Shown: piece after piece, positions 50,501 through 60,312 of the stretch
How positions within the stretch are numbered: the stretch's first letter is position 1
Layout: each line of letters opens with the position of its first letter
Source of the DNA: Nemertoderma westbladi
Lineage: Eukaryota; Animalia; Xenacoelomorpha
Direction of reading: 5' to 3'
Assembly (NCBI GenBank): GCA_032718475.1
Contig: JAUCBJ010009037.1
Coordinates: forward strand, 15,644-79,643
Length of the DNA: 64,000 nt
Position numbers and translations under genes: made by a program
Notes under the pieces: generated by a model
Told to the model about the DNA's origin: nothing
Database searches by the model: none
The model's input: the letters and a program-made list of their open reading frames with translations, nothing else

Positions 50501-52793
50501 TTTCTTGGGCCATCGTGTTATTTAATATCGAATTATCGGTATATAAATTTCTCGGATCATTATCAGGTCTATAGGGAATATCATTAATAACAGGTCTATA
50601 ATCACCCTTAATAGGGTTTGCTATAGGAGTTTCTACTTCACTAGCAGTATAGATGCGTGTAGGCTCCACACCTTGCGCATGTAATACTTCAGACCTAACA
50701 GGTTGACACAATGTTACAGGGGGTATTGGTATTCCCTTTTGTATATTGACTAATTTGTCGCGTTCTAGCGCGATACTTTGCTGCACTTCTTGCAATTCGG
50801 CCCTACTTTCCCTTACTGTTCCCTTAAGCTGGTGGACAGTCTCCTGCATCTGTCCGAGCAGGAGATTCATCCCCCGCCGTCCCTCCTCTACCCACTCGAC
50901 CGCCGAAGCGGGAGTCGCCAACATAGTAGCGGGCTGACGCGGGATGACGGGAGACAAATCTTTGATTTCTCTCTCAGCTTCCAGGACAGGGATATTCTCA
51001 TGGACTGTTCTACTGGGTACAGGCAGTGTAGTACTGTGTAAAGGGAATTTAGAGTGAAGCTCTGGAAGTACAGGGGTCTCTAACACAGAAGTGACTTTGG
51101 GAACGACAGGCCTAATTATTTCAGGCTCATCAACTATTGTAGGGAGCCTTTTGACCTGAATAGTTTGGTAGGTGGGTTCCGTACTCGCTAAGTCTGTGCT
51201 AGCTAGTTGTCTTCTAACAGCTGGGGGCAAATCAGGCAATTTGTGACGATGAGATGTTTTTCTACGCCTGCTTAGACGAGATCTATTTCCTCCGCCTTCA
51301 GGATCGGTGGTTTCACTTTCTTCCGATGATGTGTATCCCTGACGTTTGGGAGTAGATTTTCTCATCATCTGCATGTGACTAGCAGTTAACTGTTTATTTA
51401 TGTTGTCTTGCGTCTCTTGCAGATTTTCCAACTCCAGTTGGGTAGTCTGCTCAGACGCTCTCCGTTCTGCTTCTGCCACTGCCCTTTCCGCCTTTGCTTC
51501 TGCCGCCGCTGCCTTTCTTTTTGCTTCTGCTTCTGCCGCTGCTGCCTTTCTTTCTGCTTCTACTTCTGCCGCCGCTGCTTTTCTTTCTGCTTCTGCTTCT
51601 GCCGTAGCCACCGCCTTTTGTTCCTCTATCCGTCTTTTCTTTACTTTTTCTTCTTGGACTCTAGCGACGCGGAGTTTTTCATCAAATTCTGCTTGGTTAG
51701 CAGCTAACATTTCAGCATCGATTGAATCTAACACACGCTGGGTTCCTTCACTGTTGGGGGAAAGTCCAGACAGCCGTCTCCTCAACTCTTCGTCTCCTAG
51801 GAATCGCTGATAGTCGGACTGATAAATGTCTATGGCATCTCTCATTCGTGGTTTCTCTGAGGTCTCTTCGCCTTCCACTTGAGAAAGGGTGGCATCGGTT
51901 GGTTCTTCATAAGTTAGTCTCTCAGACAGCTGGGATTTCCACTGGTCTGTTTCTTGGATTTGGAGACCTACCTGCTGGAACCAAGTTTTGACAGCAACCT
52001 GCAGCGACGTGTCCTGTCTTCTTTTGGAAGTTTCCTCAAAAGCTGATAGGATTAGTCGAATGCGTAGGGTTCTTTCGCGTACTTGATATAGCAGTTCTTC
52101 CTGCTCTTGAGGTCCTTGGGGTTGTCGAAACAGTTGTTCTTCTAATCTCTCTAAGGAGCCGAAGAATCCCTGCACATATCCTGCTGCCGACCTCTTCCAA
52201 ACAGCTGGATCCATCGTATCTTTAGCCACTCCCATCCTGTGTATATCTTCCCAAGTAGCCTCGGACAGATCTAACGGGAGTCCGGGTCCGGGAAAGTTCC
52301 ATTGTGACTCGACAATCGACATCAATTCTTCCCTGGCGTATCCCGCATAATCATCTTGGGTCGCTCGCTTATTTCTCGCCCAATCTGCTTGATGTTCCTC
52401 CACCGCAATCGATATAGTTGTTAGCACTGCGGCAGGAAGGGTGAGAAGGGGGTCCGAGTAGGCTTTAGCCGTCATCTGCAATCCGCGTTCGGGGGTCAGT
52501 TCGACAGTATCCGAACTACTGGAGCTATCGGATCGCTGGGAACAAATTTCTTGACTAGGCTGTTGCTGTTGTGGGACAGCTGCTTCCTGGTTCCGTTTGA
52601 CTTGGGCCCGAGTGCCGATGATGGACCTACGGTGTTGGATTAGCTTAGGGTCCGATATCACTACTGGAGGGATGACTTTTCTTTCAGTAGGAGGTGAGCT
52701 GAACTCCTTTCTTAAACGCTCCACACTCCTATCTGTGTCACAGATGGTTGTATCGATTAGACTGTCTGACAGGTTTTGCTGAGTGTCAGACAT
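47517..52793 (-). CDS. BEL/Pao gag, protease and RT N-terminal part
   Basis: Gag core KFNGDEMKWLPF..EKLRFL; knuckles CALCDETH, CYNCLRPGH, CAKCGAKHHILLH; protease ALLDSGS; RT RVVFNGS, PGPNL, DIEGMF, YMDD. Confidence 0.95.
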   Translation of the reverse strand: MSDTQQNLSDSLIDTTICDTDRSVERLRKEFSSPPTERKVIPPVVISDPKLIQHRRSIIGTRAQVKRNQEAAVPQQQQPSQEICSQRSDSSSSSDTVELTPERGLQMTAKAYSDPLLTLPAAVLTTISIAVEEHQADWARNKRATQDDYAGYAREELMSIVESQWNFPGPGLPLDLSEATWEDIHRMGVAKDTMDPAVWKRSAAGYVQGFFGSLERLEEQLFRQPQGPQEQEELLYQVRERTLRIRLILSAFEETSKRRQDTSLQVAVKTWFQQVGLQIQETDQWKSQLSERLTYEEPTDATLSQVEGEETSEKPRMRDAIDIYQSDYQRFLGDEELRRRLSGLSPNSEGTQRVLDSIDAEMLAANQAEFDEKLRVARVQEEKVKKRRIEEQKAVATAEAEAERKAAAAEVEAERKAAAAEAEAKRKAAAAEAKAERAVAEAERRASEQTTQLELENLQETQDNINKQLTASHMQMMRKSTPKRQGYTSSEESETTDPEGGGNRSRLSRRRKTSHRHKLPDLPPAVRRQLASTDLASTEPTYQTIQVKRLPTIVDEPEIIRPVVPKVTSVLETPVLPELHSKFPLHSTTLPVPSRTVHENIPVLEAEREIKDLSPVIPRQPATMLATPASAVEWVEEGRRGMNLLLGQMQETVHQLKGTVRESRAELQEVQQSIALERDKLVNIQKGIPIPPVTLCQPVRSEVLHAQGVEPTRIYTASEVETPIANPIKGDYRPVINDIPYRPDNDPRNLYTDNSILNNTMAQESFTRQMARTEARQAVKVGEIVKFNGDEMKWLPFNEYYKDSIQNSVLSNGEKLRFLIKCLEGPPKLMALKFFGHPEGLRQVWDTLNIRYGNKDNIAKYLYAKLVAPRHFLSSGIIEFPDEIQEICRQLDWLGKSHEYQSSMVIGAVVSTLPKGGVCTRWDKKVLYMNEQQRRSPTMADLMSFLDGEVKLQLIKQSREKTSENKVSEKPASRRRITPVCYTDDGESQVSQEEDSGKDTERSYYVDKTSKDVSKYKARNNDRRERVTKTPPQSPNRMHRRKPEEKTRVHQVTQGKVSNIKPNCALCDETHRLSACAEFLKKSLVDRRAVVWDKRLCYNCLRPGHQRRTCYSDIKCAKCGAKHHILLHSEFERDKQSQVSEPELHVQFSDVNDTDQESEMEGFYTDEFSDANESCYLINTAVYRALTYEKDTNNEFPPTTFAKQPSWKAPTSNVGIREFPVVQVRVHGLNKSYIVNALLDSGSTGTFIDQELAEDIFAGQPKFWTKLNMSGIMQVWKSTLTADYYVGVLSTPQDKLGTQGIRSVKMVAIKNFATTQADLYNWDEDESIQHLEIPRFQTDYPGVQILIGQNAHEALETLEKRPAQPQPLQTYAVRTRVGWYFTGPSRRTLEERMPQEHTYQVHDWEVESSEVDELTEGTPYSSDNDDIYQLFDEENTIDLLTENQNWKSQVNLCQLIHPSEPIAYNDELNDEIERCNARTRDELAVRFFTQELVEPNSYDKALSIEEERAKQIQETTTRFLKDQGRYEIGLPFRKREPRFINNRPLAEKRIAQLYRRLTANASAKEMYQTQLKKFITKGYAERVPEGTPVTERTYYLTHHYVPKPGKPHEVRVVFNGSALYMGQSLNSELLPGPNLLQSLLGILLRLRQYSIAFASDIEGMFLQVKALDRDRDSLRFLWWPEGDLNQKPVEYWMTIQAFGIISSPSNACSVVRTTANDNRDSFSKEVMDNIKRNIYMDDNLRSLSSVEEAIAVAKGTVE

Positions 52794-54136
52794 GTTTAGC
52801 TATACAGTTGAATGCCTACTGCTATAGTTACAGTTAAAGCAAGTCTAGTAATTCAGTATGACCGTTGGCCTAGTACCGGTAATTTATTGCAGTATATTAG
52901 AATACCGATATGCACTTATAATATATATATAAGTATTGTAAACTAGGTTTGTCACAGAGTACCGGTATATAAATTTAGCACAAATACATATAAATATATA
53001 ATAGGCCTATCGTGAATACCGGTATACAGCTTACACTTATAGTATATATAAGTATAATTATGAACTAGAATTATTACAGAATACCGGTATGATTTCAGCT
53101 CGAATTTATAGAATAAATATAATAAACCTATGGTAAATACCGGTATGTCAATTATTTTTATAATAATTGAATTTCTGAATATTTAGGGTTACTTGGTTAC
53201 TTTAACTTACTTTGTTACCGTTATTTAAGCAGTAGTCCAACTGATTTTGAGACCTAGTTGTTGTATGGCAGGCCTACTATTTATAAATCGTTTGAGTTGA
53301 TTTATAATAGATATATACCCTTTTAAAAATGGGTTTTGTCAATATTTGAAATAAATGTTATTATTTCTGGGGAAAGTCACTACACAGAAGCTGTGCGCTC
53401 TCAGTGAAGTGCTATTTATTTGACACTAAAACTGATAATTCTAATTTACCTAAGTTACTTAATACTACAAATTGCTTACGATACGGGTGAGATTAATTCT
53501 CTAATTAAACACAACAAAAATTATTACGTACGAATTTTTAGGGTAATTTTACAGGAAGTCTACAAACCAGTCTAACAAAGGGTTAGAATTCGGTTTATTA
53601 CAACGGACAGGGTACTACGGTATTTGAAAATAATAAGTAGTAGTAAATATATTGCACTGTCCAGATAGGAAAATACCACCGCCTGACGACCTATAACCGT
53701 ATCGCTATAGGTACTACGTTATGTATCACGGAGTGTTCCTACCTAGAAGTTAATTACCGCGGACTACCAGATCCAGCGTGCCTATTAACCACTTTACAAC
53801 ACAAATATACTGCCTACACACTAATTACTTTCGGAAAGCACTGTACACTAAACCCTAAATTAGGTACAAGCACTGGTACAACAAATAATCAGTAGTTAAA
53901 TATACTTGAACAGTTAAAAGAACCACGGCATCTGCTGGAGTGACCAGAGCACAAAGTCACCAGTCTTGTCCTACGCCAAGCAGCCCGTGTAGTACCGGGG
54001 TTAATTTAACTATAACGGTATGTATAACAAGCACAATTACTGTATGAATAAACTTGGGGACATGAATGTTGCGAATAATCGCATAAACTCTGAATAATAA
54101 ATATTACGCTACCCGTACAGGATACTCAAACAAAAT

Positions 54137-54670
54137 ACAGACCAAATGCTGGCAGACTACTACCAAGCCTAAATAAACTACTGTATGTGCAGATTCCAAA
54201 ACGGTTAGTTAGTATGCGTTCTAACACGGTAGTACGACTTATTCTTTAAGAGGGGATTGACCTTACAGTTATGACTGCCCCAACTTACTAACTGGCACTT
54301 TATCAGACAAACTCTACATAAGCAGCAATCTCTTCAGACCTAATAACAGCTAGACAACAATCCAGCCTACAACATATCTGAGTAATAACTATTACGGTAC
54401 CTGAACAGACCACACAAACAAGCACAGGCCAAAACGCTGGCAGAACACTGTCAAGCCTAAATAAACTACAGTATGTGCAGATTCCAAAATTGTTAGTTAG
54501 TATGCGTTCTAACACGGTAGTACGACTTATTCTTTAAGAGGGGATTGACCTTACAGCAATGGCTGCCCCAACTTACTAACTGGCACTCTATCGGACAAAC
54601 TCCACACACGCCGTAATCTCTCCAAACCCAACAACAATCTGACAACAGTCCGGCCTACAATTATCTGAAC
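54137..54670. repeat. About 287-bp-period tandem duplication in the retrotransposon 5' leader
   Basis: Two copies with an identical core GTTAGTTAGTATGCGTTCTAACACGG...GACCTTACAG. Confidence 0.9.
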
Positions 54671-54982
54671 AATCTGAGCAGACTTACACGTCTTCAGCTC
54701 AATATTAACTTACATGTAAATAAAACCGACAGAAATAAGTAAAATCTCAATAAAAACCAGGGCGGCCGTCCCTGATTAAATACTAAGACCTACCGGTATA
54801 CTATAATCAAAATCGAATAATACTAATGTACTTATACTGGAAGTACCGGTTAGGACAGTTGGGCCTACGGACCTACAGAAGTACCGGTTCTGGCAGTTGG
54901 ACCTACGGACCTACAGCAGTACCGGTTCAGGTTTACCGGTTGACCGGTACTTTCAACTTTATTGCTTACTGCAATAAAGTCA

Positions 54983-54993
54983 ATGACTGTTAT
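54983..54993 (-). other. Non-tRNA primer-binding site ATAACAGTCAT (self-priming type)
   Basis: Abuts the 5' LTR, lacks TGG, and is the exact complement of LTR positions 55757-55767. Confidence 0.75.
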
Positions 54994-56272
54994 TGTACGC
55001 GCTTTTGAAGACCTTTAGCAGTTTAACCTGCCAAAATTTATATGTCTTTTGGTTTATAGATTTACTTTAGAAGATGACAAATATTTAATACCAATAAACA
55101 CAACATTAGCAGAAGCCAGCCTAGTGCGCGTCCATTCACCCGCTGGATAATCCCGGGAGACTGGATTCTGAGGGCTTAAATTATTATTGCAGTGAAGCTT
55201 ACTGTATTGTATTATTCGATTGATCGTTAATAATTAATTTCTGACTAATATTATTTTTACTTTCGGGAAATATTAACAGTTCCTTTAGGACGTGGCGCTC
55301 TATTTAAATAGACAGAGATATGACTTATACTAATCACAACGGTAAGTCAGTAAGGCTTAAGATTCACGTATGAGGCGCATTCTTTAGGAAATGCTTAGTT
55401 ATCAATCACAATCATGCACACTACCGGTAACACACAATACTGCTCACTAATTTGCCGACCGTCAATGAATTTTATCATATATAAAGCGAACAGCAATTGA
55501 CTCATGTAGGGCTTATCAAATAGCATTAAATTCACTACAAACCACAACAATATAAGTCGCAATCGCTATATATAACCCGTCTCTCTAACCTGTAGTGTAT
55601 CAAGAAAATTGGGAAATTTGGGTTCTTTATATATGTTCTCCAAATAATATTCAACCAAACACAAAAGTAAATGGCAGTATAATAATGTATATTGAACCGA
55701 TAATACAAGAATAGAAACAAGTTGATATAAATTGATATATGATGTATTATGAATTGATAACAGTCATACGCTCTATGTATAATTTAAGCCTACTAATGTT
55801 TCTTCTAAAAGTATGAAACGAATTGATTCTAGAGCCGTTGTTCCTGGCCTAGACAGCAATAACAACAAAGTATCAAGAAAAAACAGTAAGACTGAACACT
55901 CTCCTTATGATCGACCGAAAAGCTACACGTCGACAGGAAAAATTGCTCTGATTGGTTCAAGCCAAACAAAGAACCATGCGTCCAATGGCTGTTTCCATGT
56001 CAGCAACCAGCTGTTAGATGTCGTAATATGAATCATCACGGCTAAGCTATGAAAGGTATTTGTCGCATTGCAGGTTTTTTGCCTTACCATGTCCGCTAAA
56101 ACATGTATATAGCAGAATGACTTTTATGTCCGTTAAAACACCTGTAAAGGTACCTTGCGGGTGAGGGGAATATATATACAGTTAGAGAACCCTTTTTAGA
56201 GTATTCCAGCGCCTGGGGGGAAACTGGATTGCGAAGCAAAAGGGCCAGTTATATCCCACAGAAGCTTTTACA
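54994..56272 (-). repeat. 5' LTR (1279 bp)
   Basis: TGTAAAAGC...GCGCGTACA on the minus strand; CCAATCAGAGC box shared with both solo LTRs. Confidence 0.97.
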
Positions 56273-57373
56273 ACCTGGATAAATGAAAACGGCTGGCTTA
56301 TAAGTTTGAATGCAATTTATAAGGTATTTCCATTCCATGCGCGTAAATAATGAAGGGGGAGTTTTTTTATTTATAAAGCTGTTTAAGTTCTATATTTATG
56401 CCTTTCGAAGAGTCTATTATTGGTTGCGGTAATAATTATGACTGTATGATAAAATAAAATTACCAGGTGATCTGCCTACATAATACATTTGTTACTGAAG
56501 TAGAAAAGTTAATTTAGCATCGTGGTGATAATTTGAATCAAATTTCCCTCCAGTTCTTTCTGTAACAACTATAACATAAGCATTTAATTGAATTTCAACT
56601 ACAAAAAATTTAAACGCATTTATCTCAAAATGTATTTTTTCTCATTTGCCCTTTCAACTGTGACCATCGCCAATGAGGTGGAGTGTTCCTTCACAATAGA
56701 TGGCATTAGTTTACCAAAGCTGTATTAAATTAGGCCTAATGATATTTATGATTACATGATGTACCGTATGTTAAAAAAAGTAGAAAACAAGCAATACAGC
56801 TCAGTATTGCGTGCCTATAATTTTCACTTTATCAGTTCCATTCGCCATTGAGCAAAATATTTCGGTTTCTAAACAAAATTTAGATTTCCTAAAATTTTTC
56901 AAACCGTTTAGAAAATTTTCACAGTGAACATTTTGAAAAAAAAAACCCTGGAACCAAGTGAAGCCATTGGTTCATTTAGCCAACCAATAAAAAACAGGAA
57001 TTTATTTACCAGAATTTAATTAGTTCTCATGAAATGAGGCATAGTCGTTGATACTGGGTATTGGTATGAAACTTAGGAGATATTGGGTTTTGGTATGAAA
57101 CTTTTTGGAAATACTGCGTTTTTTACCTTTGGTATGAAACTTTTTGGAGATACTGGGTCTTGGAATGTAAATTTTTGAATGCACTTGGTTTTGTATTATT
57201 ATTTAGAAAAAAATCAAACCTATGTTTCAACTAATTCAAGCTAGTTTATTATCAATCATTATCGAGAATCGACTAAGACTGTGTATAATATTATCAACTA
57301 CTGTACAACTACAAGTATACACAATTTGATTATTATCACTAATTATTCCCAAACCGCAGAGTTCTATAAAATG

Positions 57374-57695
57374 AGTTTAAAAAATTTTCCGAGTCGTCTA
57401 CCCCATTCGATTATTATCACTAATTATTCCCAAACCGCAGAATGAATTCTATAAAATTTCTATATAATGCTATATGATTCTATAAAATGAGTTTATAGAT
57501 TGCAATTGTTTCAGTGCAATTGCAATTACATTGCGCAATGTAATTGCAATTGCACTGAAACAATTGCAATCTAGAAACTCATTTTATAGAATCATATAGC
57601 ATTATATATAAATTTTATAGAATTCATTCTGCGGTTTGGGAATAATTAGTGATAATAATCGAATGGGGTAGACGACTCGGAAAATTTTTTAAACT
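57374..57695. repeat. Spacerless palindrome with ~160-bp arms
   Basis: Centre between 57534 and 57535 (TTGC|GCAA); only a few mismatches. Confidence 0.93.
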
Positions 57696-58141
57696 TTAAA
57701 CAAATTTTTTAAACCAATCGCACGATTGGTTTTAAATGTTATTCCTCAGTCACCCTGTACCGTGTATGTGTGTGTATAATGTATATAGTACATGACATCT
57801 GGCAAAGAGTAATATCAGAGAAAGAGATAACTATTTGTATAAATTTAGGAAATACCGTGTTTTAGCTGATTATAATAATTACTGCAAATATAGAAACCTC
57901 GTCCAACGGGAAATAAAAAAAGCTAAATCTGAATATTATCTGCCTCAAAAAGTACCTGTCTAGACCTAATACCTGCCCGTTTTCTTAAGGATGGTGCTGA
58001 AGTACTTAAAGTGCCTATTACTTTTATTATTAATTACTCTATCGTAGATAATGTACAGTAGTACCAGACGAACTGAAATTAGCTAAGGTTGTTCCTCTGT
58101 ATAAAAAGAATAGTAAAGTAGAATCCTGTAATTACAGACCT

Positions 58142-58518
58142 TTTGAGATCCTCTAAGGGCTATCCTACGGCCTACAAATCTACTAATATGAAGCTATAGA
58201 ATATCTCTTACTGTAGAGTCCAGTAGTATACCGCTTACCAGATCCTAGTAACGATGTATCTTACCGTAAGATCTAGTAATGAAACGGGCTCGTACAGTAT
58301 CTGACAACAAATCCCAGTCCAGGGTATCTAAACAAACAGATACAATACACAAACGACTACTGGCGAGGAGCAGAGCCTAGTGTCTATTCTATGTACGTGA
58401 GCGGGTCTAATGCCTACGAACTAGACAAAAGGAAACCTGTCCTCTAACCGGTCAAGCAGATGTACAGTTACAGTAACAGACCAAACTCACGGACCTGTTA
58501 CACTACTACTACTACTAC
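58142..58518 (+). mobile_element. Short non-LTR retroinsertion with a (CTA)n tail
   Basis: 10-bp TSD TTACAGACCT at 58132-58141 and 58519-58528 splits the host NYRP motif. Confidence 0.75.
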
Positions 58519-59520
58519 TTACAGACCTGTTAGAATCTTAAGTATTGTATCTAAAATTCTAGAACGTTCTATTTTTCTACAGCTGGAAGCACATCTTAGT
58601 AGGCTAAATCTGATCTATGAACTTCAGTCCGGTTTTCGTAAATCATATTCTACAGACACCTGCCTTATTAACTTAACTGATACAATTAGATGTAATAACG
58701 CAAAGGGTTTATATACTGGTATGGTAATGTTGGACCTACAAAAGGCTTTCGATACTGTAGATCACGAAATTCTGCTTGGTAAGTTAGGCCTGATGGGTGT
58801 AGGTTCTATAGACTGGTTCAAGTCCTACCTGTCAGACAGATGTCAAACTGTAGTCATTAGCAAATCGCAGTCTACTGTACAAGAGATTACCTGTGGTGTA
58901 CCGCAAGGTAGTATATTAGGTCCTCTGCTTTTTGTATGCTATGTAAATGATATGATAAGTAGTATAGATCCCGATTTTAAACTCATTTTATATGCCGACG
59001 ACAGTGCTCTTATTTTCTCTCATAAAGATGCTATCCATATTTCCCAAAAGTTAAGTGCAGTTCTAGAATCCTGTAATGAGTGGTTGGTTGATAATAAGCT
59101 ATGTTGTTTTGTTTGGTTCCAAAAGAAAGTTAAAGAAGGTAACTAAGTTTGAAGTCACTAGTAATGGACATAAGATTGAAAATAAAAAGGAAGTTAAATA
59201 TTTAGGCGCCACATTGGATAACTGCTTATCAGGAGAAAGTACAGTGAAAAATATTTTCTTGAAAGTTAACAGACCGACTCCCGCAAGTTACTTTGCTCTT
59301 CTTTAATACAGTGTCACATGGACTATGCATGCTCTTCTTGGTATGAAGGCTTAACCAAACAGCTTAAAATGTAAATTACAAGTAGCTCAGAATAAAGTAG
59401 TACGATTTATTAAAGACTACAAACCTAGGCACCACCTTAACTCCAGATGACTTTTCTGAATCTGGACTACTTAACTTAGATAGTAGAGTTAAGCAGCTAC
59501 GCCTTAACCATGTGCATAAA

Positions 59521-60312
59521 CGCCCAACGGAGCCCAACGGCTCCTCAGCTCATTAAAACATGCTGCTTCTAGTGTTGGTCTTTTTATTAACTCCAGAAAG
59601 ACCAAAATTCTGACCGTTAACTTTGAAAGTCCTCAGCAAGTCTCTGATCGGATGAGCATAAGCTCAAAGGATGGTATGCTTGAGCATGTGGACGACTTCT
59701 GTTACCTGGGATCATGGATCCGGAAGTCAGGTGAGGACCTTCGAATACGTAAGGGAAAGGCATGGGCAGCCTTGAATAGGCTTTCCAGGATTTGGAAGTC
59801 AGCGAGAATTAATCGGAAACTTAAGGTCCGATTATTTAGAGCAGCAGTAGTTCCAGTACTCCTCTACGGGAGTCCATGCTGGGCTCTAACTGCTGAGGAA
59901 ACCAAATCTCTGGATGGCACATTCACAAGAATGCTACGCCGGGTTCATTGTGTCAAGTACAATGCACACATCTCCAACCAGACACTATATAACATTGGAG
60001 GTGTCTCATTGGTTCCCCCAAGCTTGACACTAGAACAAAATCGCCTCCGCTTTGCAGGACATTGCTTTCGTCGTGAGGACCAGCCAGTGCATAATCTTGT
60101 ACTTTGGCAGCCTCATGGAGTGAATAAGCATGGTGGACAGACCATGACTTTCTTGAGACGCATCGTAAAGGACACTGGCCTTAAAGATGCGGATGATCTA
60201 GCAAATGTCATGGGTGATAGGGAGTTGTGGCGGTGCAATTTTGTTGACAAGCCGGCACAGCATTCTTAAAAATGCAGCTGCAATGCAGCATGCCGATCCT
60301 AGTAGTAGTAGT
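59521..60312 (+). mobile_element. 5'-truncated RTE-like LINE with an (AGT)n tail
   Basis: ORF 59652-60269 (FCYLGS, RLRFAGHCFR); 11-bp TSD ATGTGCATAAA at 59510-59520 and 60313-60323. Confidence 0.9.

Larger units (their letters stand above)
37531..56272 (-). mobile_element. Full-length BEL/Pao LTR retrotransposon with an additional ORF3 (18,742 bp)
   Basis: Direct LTRs with TG..CA ends; 5-bp TSD ACCTG at 37526-37530 and 56273-56277; gag-PR-RT-RH-IN order with the BEL triple zinc knuckle. Confidence 0.97.
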
